Shown here: piece after piece, positions 1 to 8,136 of the stretch
How positions within the stretch are numbered: position 1 is the stretch's first letter
Layout of the letters: each line of letters begins with the position of its first letter
Source of the DNA: Candidatus Aminicenantes bacterium
Lineage (GTDB): Bacteria > Acidobacteriota > Aminicenantia > Aminicenantales > Saccharicenantaceae
Assembly (NCBI GenBank): GCA_014360005.1
Contig: JACIYI010000016.1
Coordinates: forward strand, 54-64,053
Direction of reading: 5' to 3'
DNA: 64,000 nucleotides
The notes under the pieces: model-generated
The model's input: the letters and a program-made list of their open reading frames with translations, nothing else
What the model was told of the DNA's origin: nothing
Databases searched by the model: none
Program-made: the position numbers and the translations under genes

Positions 1-260
1 CCAGATGTAGTGGTCGGCGGGGGTGTCGTCTGAGTACCGCTTGTGGTCTGGCCGCTCGTTGTCTGCTGAGCCCCAGCCTGCTGGCCAGTGGTCTGTTCAG
101 TTGTCTGGCCGGTTGTGCTTACCTGCTGACCAAGAGCACCACGAACATCACCAGCCTGAGTCCCAGAGGTTGCCCTTTCGGCTCCAGTTGCTGTTTGTTG
201 AGCTCCAGTCGTTGCTGCCTGCCCTCCAGTTGTAGCCACGGCCTGTTGTTCAGGATTTCC
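1..260 (-). repeat. Low-complexity Thr/Gln/Gly-rich coding repeat (linker)
   Basis: Translates to ATTGGQAATTGAQQTATG...TTGQTTEQTTGQQAGAQQTTSGQTTSGTQTTPPPTTTS. Confidence 0.8.
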
Positions 261-1910
261 CTGCGGCTGGGCAGCAGGTAAACCTGCAATTTTCACTCTT
301 AAATTAGATACTGATTCAGCCACTGTCCTTTTATACCCGTCGAGCTTAGCTTCAGGTACTGCTTCATTGTAATCCCTAAGAAATCCTTCAAGTAGTTCTA
401 GTGCTTTCTCATAGTTATCTCGCCGGTTATTCTCCATAGCATCACCTGCTTCTTCGAAAGAGTAACCAGCAGCAACCAAGGCCGAGGGGTTTTTTACCAG
501 CCCATAAACAAGCAGGAATTCTTCTCCGGCCTCCAGGTATTTCCCAGATTCTCTAAGTGTCAAGGCTTGTTCGAACATTTCTCGGGCTTTATCTATATCG
601 GAAATTTTATTAGCCACACCCTGTCGCATATCTGAATAAGCATTTTTTTCTTCAGCCAGCTGCAAAAACATCTTTAGATAAATTTCGGCCTTATCAAAAT
701 CGTAGAGAAATCGTTCGTAAAAATAGGCAACCCTAAAATAATATATCGGGTCGGAACAGGCAGCATAAGCTTTTTTAAACTGGTCAATCGCCTCTAAGTA
801 TTTCTTTTCAACTCCCAGAGCCAGTCCTTTCTGATACAGCTGCTCAGCCCGCCGCTTGTCAGCAGCACTGCAGCCAAAGTTCTCAGCTGAAGTTGTTTGT
901 TGTTCCTGCTGGTTCCAGTCATTCGGTCCACCAGAAGTTTCTTTGGCTGAAACGTCCATAACCAAATCTGGCTTGGGCACCTCTAAACTGCCAAAATAAT
1001 CTTCAGACCAATCATTATATCTATTGATCATCGTTCTGGGCCTGAAGAATGAATGAATGGTGGATGAATTAGCAACCCCGCCTCCGACTGGTACCTTATC
1101 GCACATCAGCTCCAGGATGTGATTATAGGCAGTCTCCAGCAGCTTCTGCATGTTCTCATTCTCGCCAACTATCTCCAGCTGAATTGCTCCTTTTTGACGT
1201 AGCTCCTCCAGCGTCGCCCCCAGGTCAGCCCTGAGTTTCACCACCTTTACCGTCCCCTCCACCGCAGCCTTAATGTCGTGCTGGGTGTATACCTTGTCCC
1301 AGTCCACTTTGAGCTTGGCCTGAAAAGCCGGAGTTATCCCCGAAAATTTCAGCACATACTGCACCGAGACATCTGAAGTCGGGTTCTTAAATGATTCCCA
1401 CAGAAGTGAGGCCCCTTCTTCTGTCAAGGCAATGGAGACCGCCGCCTTCTGCCCCGGCAGAACCGGCGCCTTCCCCTCCCCCACTATCCGCCGGTTGAAA
1501 AGGCCGTCTTTGCCGGCCGTGGCCGAAATTACCTGAAACGTCCCTTCCTTAAACGGAACCGGCCCGGCCAGCTTGGCCTGCGAGTCAATTCCCTTAAGAG
1601 CCGACTCAGCCGAGCTCAGCTCGCCTGAAGTAAACCCCCAGGTCACCAGAAAATGCAGCACCCCGCCCTTGGTCGCCCCGTCAGTCTTGGTGTACTTTAT
1701 AAAGGTAAACTCAGGTGTGCCATCCCTCTTGGTGGCTAAACGCGGCTGGTCAGGGACGTAGTAATACTTATGCGGGTCAGCATGGTCCCGGTAAAATACA
1801 AACCTCCCCGCCTGCACCACTTCCTCCACTGAAACCTCGGCCGCCAGGCGAAGTCCGGCCATTATTAACAGACTGATAATAGCCACAAAAATCATCGATT
1901 TTTTTCTCAT
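1..1910 (-). CDS. Secreted protein of unknown family (cluster gene A), 3'-truncated by window edge; conserved N-terminal domain + TPR-like insert + T/Q/G-rich linker
   Basis: Not in ORF track (no stop in window). Manually translated open frame from ATG 1910: MRKKSMIFVAIISLLIMAGLRLAA-EVSVEEVVQAGRFVFYRDHADPHKYYYVPDQPRLATKRDGTPEFTFIKY...GGVLHFL...AAVSIALTEEG...; clear paralog of 3115..4803; GAGGA SD-like sequence upstream. Confidence 0.9.
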   Translation of the reverse strand, partial: MRKKSMIFVAIISLLIMAGLRLAAEVSVEEVVQAGRFVFYRDHADPHKYYYVPDQPRLATKRDGTPEFTFIKYTKTDGATKGGVLHFLVTWGFTSGELSSAESALKGIDSQAKLAGPVPFKEGTFQVISATAGKDGLFNRRIVGEGKAPVLPGQKAAVSIALTEEGASLLWESFKNPTSDVSVQYVLKFSGITPAFQAKLKVDWDKVYTQHDIKAAVEGTVKVVKLRADLGATLEELRQKGAIQLEIVGENENMQKLLETAYNHILELMCDKVPVGGGVANSSTIHSFFRPRTMINRYNDWSEDYFGSLEVPKPDLVMDVSAKETSGGPNDWNQQEQQTTSAENFGCSAADKRRAEQLYQKGLALGVEKKYLEAIDQFKKAYAACSDPIYYFRVAYFYERFLYDFDKAEIYLKMFLQLAEEKNAYSDMRQGVANKISDIDKAREMFEQALTLRESGKYLEAGEEFLLVYGLVKNPSALVAAGYSFEEAGDAMENNRRDNYEKALELLEGFLRDYNEAVPEAKLDGYKRTVAESVSNLRVKIAGLPAAQPQGNPEQQAVATTGGQAATTGAQQTATGAERATSGTQAGDVRGALGQQVSTTGQTTEQTTGQQAGAQQTTSGQTTSGTQTTPPPTTTS

Positions 1911-2068
1911 TTTCTTCCTCCTTTTGCCAGCAAAACAGCCCAGCCGAAGTGACTCGACTGGTTATAATTATTTTGAATTTCCTGTCTTTTTGACCGTTTC
2001 TCTTTTTGCATTGTTCTACCCGCTTCTATTATTTAGACACCTTTTCTAAGCTTTATATTTTTGCTTCC

Positions 2069-3100
2069 TTATCCCACTGAATTATCCCTGATAACCAGTT
2101 CATAACTTGATAAATCCAGGAAAGCGTTATCACCTTCCTGCCAGTCACTCCGGACCGAACGGCCATCAGCCAGAACTCTGGTTATCCGGTAGCGGTACTT
2201 ACCGCCTTTGGCCTCCGGAACATTAAACTCCAGGTCATACTGTGGTTGACTGTCAGACGAAAAGACGACACTTTTGACATCCTTCTGCCCCCGAGCGGTA
2301 GTGCTTTCCACTTCTACTGCCATCTTAACCACGTCCTTATTCAATCCATTAACGAAATCAAAACAGATGACGCTCATTTTGCGGTAATTAAAAGAAAATT
2401 TCTGTGCCAGGTTAATGACCTTAAAAAGCTCGGGATACTGTTCCATGGACACCGGAACATCCAGGCTCAGGCGACCGCTTCTCTCTCCGGGCTGGAGCCT
2501 GCCTTCCTCGTTTATTTCATAACCGCCGTAGGAAAATTCGCATTCGACACTAAGCCCGGCTGCCTTTTTTTCTTCATAGATTTTCCAGAGGTAAGAAGCT
2601 GATTCCCGGCTCAGAGGAAAGGAGAAGCTTTTCCCGGTCCATAAAACCTTGTTGGAACCCAGGGTTTGGCTTTCGGCCGTGCCTTCTTCTTTCGTTTTCT
2701 CCGCTTCCAGTCCGGTATAACTCAGACTGATTTCCATGGTTTCAATCTGAACCGGGCGGTATTCATACTGAACTCCTTTTTCTCTCTTTAAGACTTCAGA
2801 ATCATCACCAAATTCAACCGATAGAGTCAGCACTCCGCCGGCTGTGGTTTTAGGACCGGCCTCTCCCTGGTCTTTCACAAAGACATACTTGTAAAAGAAG
2901 AAATTTGGCTGGCCAAAGGACTGGCTCAACTGGAGCGCCGTGGGCACATAATAAAAGAGTTTTGGGTTTCTATGGTCCGGATAGATGATAATCCGGCCGG
3001 CTACTGTTTCTGGCCTGGTCAGCACCGGGTCGGCCAGCAAGGAGCCTACGGCCACAGACAGCATCAGGACCAGCAGAAAGGTTCTTCTCCTCAAACCCAA
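2069..3100 (-). CDS. Secreted protein of unknown family (cluster gene B, shortest paralog)
   Basis: Signal peptide (GSLLA-D); IYPDHRNPKLFYYVP..PNFFFYKY..GGVLTLSV motif shared with neighbours; C-terminal YRYRITRVLADGRSVRSDW module. Confidence 0.85.
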   Translation of the reverse strand: MGLRRRTFLLVLMLSVAVGSLLADPVLTRPETVAGRIIIYPDHRNPKLFYYVPTALQLSQSFGQPNFFFYKYVFVKDQGEAGPKTTAGGVLTLSVEFGDDSEVLKREKGVQYEYRPVQIETMEISLSYTGLEAEKTKEEGTAESQTLGSNKVLWTGKSFSFPLSRESASYLWKIYEEKKAAGLSVECEFSYGGYEINEEGRLQPGERSGRLSLDVPVSMEQYPELFKVINLAQKFSFNYRKMSVICFDFVNGLNKDVVKMAVEVESTTARGQKDVKSVVFSSDSQPQYDLEFNVPEAKGGKYRYRITRVLADGRSVRSDWQEGDNAFLDLSSYELVIRDNSVG

Positions 3101-3114
3101 GAGTTTTCTCTCAC

Positions 3115-4803
3115 TTAAAATTTTTCATAATAAGCATAGATAAACGGGTCGGTAGCCTTCTTCCAGCCAGAAGAAATGCGGGTATTGTCCTTGAACAGCC
3201 AGGTTATGTTGTATTCATACTCCAGGTTGTTTGGCTCATGGAAATAGACATAGTTTATGTTAAGAGGCTCTCCCTTGCGCAGAACAACTTCTTTCTGCAG
3301 CTGCCGGCCGAAATTTTTATGCCGGAACTGAACCGCAATCCGGATAATTCCGTTTTTATTCATATTTTCTTCTTCCGCCAGAACCTCAATGTATCTGTAC
3401 TTGTGTGGTGGAGTCAGAGTTATGACCGGCTGACTGGTCTTAATCCAATCTCCGGCCACTTCCAGCCCGCCTACATAACTCCAGATGGGACGATACTCAT
3501 ACTCCAGCCATTTATCGGTCTGGTCACCCTTCCGCCTGTATTTCAGGGAAAGTTTATTGCCGTTCTGACCGAACTTGGTCCGGTCAAAAATCAAATCTTC
3601 AGTAATAGCTTTCATGTCTGCGCTTTCATATTCTTTCTTAAAAGTAATGCCGGCAAAATTAAGGTACTGCTGAAAAGTCTGGAAATCTTCTCCATCCAGA
3701 ATGACGTTAATGGTCCGCTCTTCAAAGGTCGGGTCATCCAGGTCGACCACCGCAAAAAATTCAGGATTATTACCAAGCTGTTTATAAAGCCCTCCGATAT
3801 TGCCGGTCAGAGGAACTTCTCGCTGGTCTCTTTTGCGCCGGGTCAGGTCCACTGTGTACTTGCCGGTTAGCTTGATCTGTTTTCGGTAAAAGCCAAAATG
3901 AGCCTGTCCGAACAACTTGCCCAGCCAGTTAGAACCGGTGGAAGCTTCAGATTTTCCGATGTCCTCGGGTTTTACCGGTTTGGCTTCAAACATCATTTTG
4001 GTAATGGTGTTATAGGCAGTATCAAGAAGTTCATCCATCTTGGTATCTTCGCCTATAACCTCCAGCTTGATGGCCCCCAGTTCTCTCAATTCGGAATAGA
4101 TTTTTTGAATTCTGGCGCTGACGAAAAAGCCACCGACATCGGCCTTAAACTCTTTATGGTCATAAACCTTATTCCAGTCAACAGTTAGCAGGGCATTGTA
4201 GGCCGGGGTCAATCCCTGGTAGGTCATGACAAACTGGACCGAAATATCTGAAGTTGGTTTTTTAAAAGATTCCATCAGCAGGGTTGAGCCCTCTTCAGTC
4301 AGAGCTATAGACACGGCTGCTTCAGAACCGGCCAGAAGCGGAGCTTTGCCTGTTCCAACAACCTTGCGGCTGAAAATACCGCCTTCTCCGGCTGAGGCTG
4401 AAATAAGATGGAATTCACCGGAAGTAAACATCACCGGGCCAACTATTTTGCCGTCTTTATCTATCCTGGTCAGCTCCTGCTCTGCTTTCTCCAACTCCTC
4501 TTTGGTCAGGCCAAAAGTGCAGAGAAAATGCAAAATTCCCCCGGTTATTTCTTTACCGGTACGAACATACTGGATAAAACTGAATTTCGGCCGGCCGTCA
4601 GGCCAGGTAGCAATCCTTGGCGCCAGCGGCATGTAGTGATAGGCATGTTCATCGGCATGGTCACGGAACAGCAGCGCTCCACTGACCTGAATTGGTTCTT
4701 TATCCAGAAGTACTTCAGCCTTCAACGCAGAAAATGCGGTTAAAATAATAAGAACAGAAATTAATAGACAAATCTTACACCTTCTTGCTGCCGAACTAAT
4801 CAT
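3115..4803 (-). CDS. Secreted protein of unknown family (cluster gene C)
   Basis: Signal peptide (SALKA-E); FRDHADEHAYHYMP..PKFSFIQY..GGILHFL; two C-terminal YEY..W beta-sandwich-like repeats; GGAG SD. Confidence 0.9.
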   Translation of the reverse strand: MISSAARRCKICLLISVLIILTAFSALKAEVLLDKEPIQVSGALLFRDHADEHAYHYMPLAPRIATWPDGRPKFSFIQYVRTGKEITGGILHFLCTFGLTKEELEKAEQELTRIDKDGKIVGPVMFTSGEFHLISASAGEGGIFSRKVVGTGKAPLLAGSEAAVSIALTEEGSTLLMESFKKPTSDISVQFVMTYQGLTPAYNALLTVDWNKVYDHKEFKADVGGFFVSARIQKIYSELRELGAIKLEVIGEDTKMDELLDTAYNTITKMMFEAKPVKPEDIGKSEASTGSNWLGKLFGQAHFGFYRKQIKLTGKYTVDLTRRKRDQREVPLTGNIGGLYKQLGNNPEFFAVVDLDDPTFEERTINVILDGEDFQTFQQYLNFAGITFKKEYESADMKAITEDLIFDRTKFGQNGNKLSLKYRRKGDQTDKWLEYEYRPIWSYVGGLEVAGDWIKTSQPVITLTPPHKYRYIEVLAEEENMNKNGIIRIAVQFRHKNFGRQLQKEVVLRKGEPLNINYVYFHEPNNLEYEYNITWLFKDNTRISSGWKKATDPFIYAYYEKF

Positions 4804-4857
4804 TTCTTTCTCCTTTTCCGCCCTTAGTTATAAAAAATAACGCCAGGCTGACTTTTC

Positions 4858-7047
4858 TTAGCGATTAAAAAGATTTTTAAGGTGATAAGGTCCTATGGTC
4901 AGGTCCAAGGAATCGGTCACGGTTTCCCAGCTGGCCGATTCGGCAATTTCCCCTGATTTTAAGACGGCTTTGATTTTGTATTCAAAACTAAACTGCTCGC
5001 CGCTGGACATCGGCAGGTAAACGGTAACCAGCTCTTTAAGTTTGTTCTTGTTAAAATCCATCCCGGTTACCAGTCCGCTGCGGCCCTGGGCGCTGAGATA
5101 GGGAGAGCGAATTTCAACCCGGACTTTTTCCACTTCCAGCGGTGTTTCAAAAGCCGAGGGATCAAACACGCTGGACAGAACTTCTACCTGAAGTTTTCTC
5201 ATTCTTTCAATGTAAGAAACAACTTCAACCTTGCTCCAGATCTTGTCCAGGCAGGGCTGACAGCTAAAATCAGGTTCAATTTCCATCCAGAAACTTCTGG
5301 CATACTGCTTGAAGAAAGCATCCACTTTAGGGCTGGCTGGCTGGCCGACCTCGTCCTTGATCAAAATCTCTTCAGCTTCCTTAACCTTATCCTTATCTAA
5401 TTTTTTCTCTAATTCACCTTTTAAGGCACCCAGGCCCTTTTCCAGGAGTGAACTCTTTTTCTTTGGAGCGGGTGGAGCTGTGGGAAAGGTTTTGCGGTAC
5501 TCGGCCAGGAGAAGACCTCTGGGAGCAAACTGGACTTCCAGGTCCAGGGCTTGTTCGGGCTGAATAACTACTTCTTTCAGACATTTAAGGTTTTTATAAA
5601 CTTCCTCTCCATTTGGTAAGCGGAAGCGCAGGTTGACTGAAGATACCTTTATCGGAAAATCAGACAGGTTTCTGACACCATGAAGATAAAGCACCGAATT
5701 CTTTTCATCTATGGAAAAGCCAAGTTCTTCCACGCCAGAATACCAGCGGCCGGTGAAATACTTTAAACCAACTCTGATGGGAATTTCCCTTTCTACTGTT
5801 CCAGATTTGATTTTCATCCCGGCTGTTAATCCTTCCTTCTCCAGCAGAGGTTTCAGCTCCGCCAGAGTGTCAGGAGTCATGGATATGTTAATCGGAAGCT
5901 CTGTTTCCAGAGAACCGAAGCTCGGAATCCGGATGTTGTCAATTTCCCAGTCCTCCCAGCCCTTCATATCAATAATGGAAGCCTCATCGTAAGGCAGGGA
6001 CATGAGAACGGCCTGTTGTCCCCTGGCCTCCTTCAACGCTTCTTCCATCAACTTGACGTCGTCCGGGTCAACGTTGGCCCGAAGGGTCATAGTGGTCCTG
6101 ACCTTCTGGTCGTTGGTCCAGACCGCACTCAAGCGGTAACCTCCAGCCGCCTTGTCCCTGATCAGGTTGATTTCTCTCGGGAGGTAATAGTAGGTGTTAG
6201 GTTTTTCATTGTCTTTAAAAAGGCGGTTAAGAAGGGTCAACGGCTCTTCTATGGACAGAGGACCAATATCTTCAATTTTATGACGGGGAGGCAGAGCCCC
6301 AGCCGGGTTCAAGCGTATTGGTTTGATGACTGCCGGTTTTACCAGTTGAAGGTTCAATTTCTCTGTCGGCTGCTGGGTAGCTGCGGCCCCGACCTTCACC
6401 TTGCTCATATTCGTTGAAGGACGGACCTTCTGGGCAGATAGCGGCACATAAATGGCGGCCGAAGCCCAGACTGCCCAATCCTGATTGGCCCGGCCAGCAG
6501 CTGAGACCGAAAGTCTGAAATCCACCGTGTTTCCAGCATACGGCGATAAGTCCACAGAAATCTGGTCAAGCTTTCCATCGTGAGAAGCAGCCAATTCTTT
6601 CAATAAAACAGCACCACCACCCAGATTTACCAGAGAAACGTAATACTTAACTCCATCAGTCTGAGTGGCTCCTTTAATAAATCCGACAGAGGCCTTAAAG
6701 GTGGCCCCAGCTGGAATCTTGATACCGGAATAAACGCCAATTATATTTCCATTATTTTTCCACTCGGGGTGAGTTTCCAGAACCAGAGCATACCTGTTGC
6801 CATCTTCCAGCACAACATCGGTCAGGTGACGGGCAAAGCCGCGGCTGTCGTTATCAGCTCCGTTCCAGGGAAGTTCCCCACCAGGAGCCATGGCCCGGTA
6901 CCATTTAGCCTCCGGCGCTTTCTTGACAAAGTCATAGTAGATAACATCGGCTGAAGCCGTGCCGGCAGTTAATAAAAGAATCGCTACTGATAAGGACCAA
7001 AACCAGAAAAACATTAAGCTACTTTTCTCTCGTAATCCAGGCTGCAT
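4858..7047 (-). CDS. Secreted protein (cluster gene D): N-terminal NPCBM/NEW2-like carbohydrate-binding-type domain + divergent cluster-family domain
   Basis: Signal peptide (TASA-D); LETHPEW..GIKIPAGATFKASVGF..TDGVKY..ISVDLSPYAGNTVDFRLSV resembles NPCBM-like jelly-rolls; FKDNEKPNTYYYLP motif; C-terminal FEYKIKAVLKSG...W; AAAGGAG SD. Confidence 0.85.
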   Translation of the reverse strand: MQPGLREKSSLMFFWFWSLSVAILLLTAGTASADVIYYDFVKKAPEAKWYRAMAPGGELPWNGADNDSRGFARHLTDVVLEDGNRYALVLETHPEWKNNGNIIGVYSGIKIPAGATFKASVGFIKGATQTDGVKYYVSLVNLGGGAVLLKELAASHDGKLDQISVDLSPYAGNTVDFRLSVSAAGRANQDWAVWASAAIYVPLSAQKVRPSTNMSKVKVGAAATQQPTEKLNLQLVKPAVIKPIRLNPAGALPPRHKIEDIGPLSIEEPLTLLNRLFKDNEKPNTYYYLPREINLIRDKAAGGYRLSAVWTNDQKVRTTMTLRANVDPDDVKLMEEALKEARGQQAVLMSLPYDEASIIDMKGWEDWEIDNIRIPSFGSLETELPINISMTPDTLAELKPLLEKEGLTAGMKIKSGTVEREIPIRVGLKYFTGRWYSGVEELGFSIDEKNSVLYLHGVRNLSDFPIKVSSVNLRFRLPNGEEVYKNLKCLKEVVIQPEQALDLEVQFAPRGLLLAEYRKTFPTAPPAPKKKSSLLEKGLGALKGELEKKLDKDKVKEAEEILIKDEVGQPASPKVDAFFKQYARSFWMEIEPDFSCQPCLDKIWSKVEVVSYIERMRKLQVEVLSSVFDPSAFETPLEVEKVRVEIRSPYLSAQGRSGLVTGMDFNKNKLKELVTVYLPMSSGEQFSFEYKIKAVLKSGEIAESASWETVTDSLDLTIGPYHLKNLFNR

Positions 7048-7568
7048 TTTATTCTCCTTTCTGGATAAGATTTTTATTCAGTCGGCCAACAGTAAAAAGG
7101 CAGGTATTAAAATTATGGTATGGAAGATGTTAAAGGTTAAGGCGAAAAAAGAGGGGAAAGGAAAAGCTTTCGGTCCCCACTCTTTTCCAGCTCCCTTGGC
7201 TGAGCAGGCATCCCACAGCATAATTAAAATAGCCTTCCTTTTCCTGAATAATCTATCTTAATATCCCATTTTAGGTCAAGTGATTTTTGTCAAGTGCTTT
7301 AATTCCAGGCCTTTATAAGAATTCAATCGAGACCAGTTCTTCTCATAATTTCAAATATCCGGTATTTCTTCTACCTAAACCCTTCAGCCAGTAACCCTGG
7401 CCGTGAGGAAAGATAATCGTTTTTACCACTTTTAAGCTAACTGACCGAAATTTAAGAATCACCATAAACCCCATGTTTCAGGACCGGGAAATCGAGCGGG
7501 GTTAAAAATGTTAATAGTGCAACTTAATTAAAAATTCACTTCTTTAAAAGCTGGGGACAGATTCAGGT

Positions 7569-8123
7569 TCAAGCCAGGCCTAGGTCCTGGTCTATTCCCT
7601 GCATTGACTCCAGGCAGATGGTCAGGAATTCGTCCAGGCTCAGCCCCAGGTTGGCACATTGCTCGATCTCTTCCCTTCGGGCGCCCCGGGCAAAATGTTT
7701 TTCCTTGTAGCGACGCTTGAGGAATTCCAGGTCAACCGACTTCAGCTTCTTATCCGGGTGCATCAGGGTGGCAGCAATGATCAGACCGGTGGTCGGGTCA
7801 GCCGAGTAGATCGACCAGTCCATAGCGCTCTGGCAGGGCACCCGGCCAGCATGGGCCTGAATAGCCTGGATAACTTCGGCCGGCAGGCTGTATTTTTCCA
7901 GCATCTTGACAGTTTCGGTGGTATGGAGTTCCGGGCTCTTCTCGGTTAATTCATAGTCCAGGTCGTGCAGCAAACCAGCCAGACCCCAGATTTCTTCATT
8001 GCCACCCAGCCGGCGGGCCAGGCCTTTCATGCAGGCTTCCACCGCCAGGCAGTGTTTGACCAGGTTTTTGTTGTGAAGGTGTTGCTTGACCAGTTCCAAG
8101 GCTTCTTCGCGATTCACGTTCAT
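7569..8123 (-). CDS. HDIG/HD-domain metal-dependent phosphohydrolase
   Basis: KHCLAVE..GLLHDLD..HAG..D motifs; ATG 8123 with AAAGGAG SD preferred over track start. Confidence 0.85.
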   Translation of the reverse strand: MNVNREEALELVKQHLHNKNLVKHCLAVEACMKGLARRLGGNEEIWGLAGLLHDLDYELTEKSPELHTTETVKMLEKYSLPAEVIQAIQAHAGRVPCQSAMDWSIYSADPTTGLIIAATLMHPDKKLKSVDLEFLKRRYKEKHFARGARREEIEQCANLGLSLDEFLTICLESMQGIDQDLGLA

Positions 8124-8136
8124 CTCCTTTCTGGTT

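Noticed and set aside
23-235. Plus-strand 70-aa ORF (and 1573..1761)
   Set aside because: Antisense shadows of the long minus-strand gene 1..1910
7145-7200. c-di-GMP-I riboswitch call
   Set aside because: Only a GAGTGGGGACCGAAAGC fragment resembles it; the GGCAAACC arm and downstream P3 stem are missing, so not annotated as ncRNA
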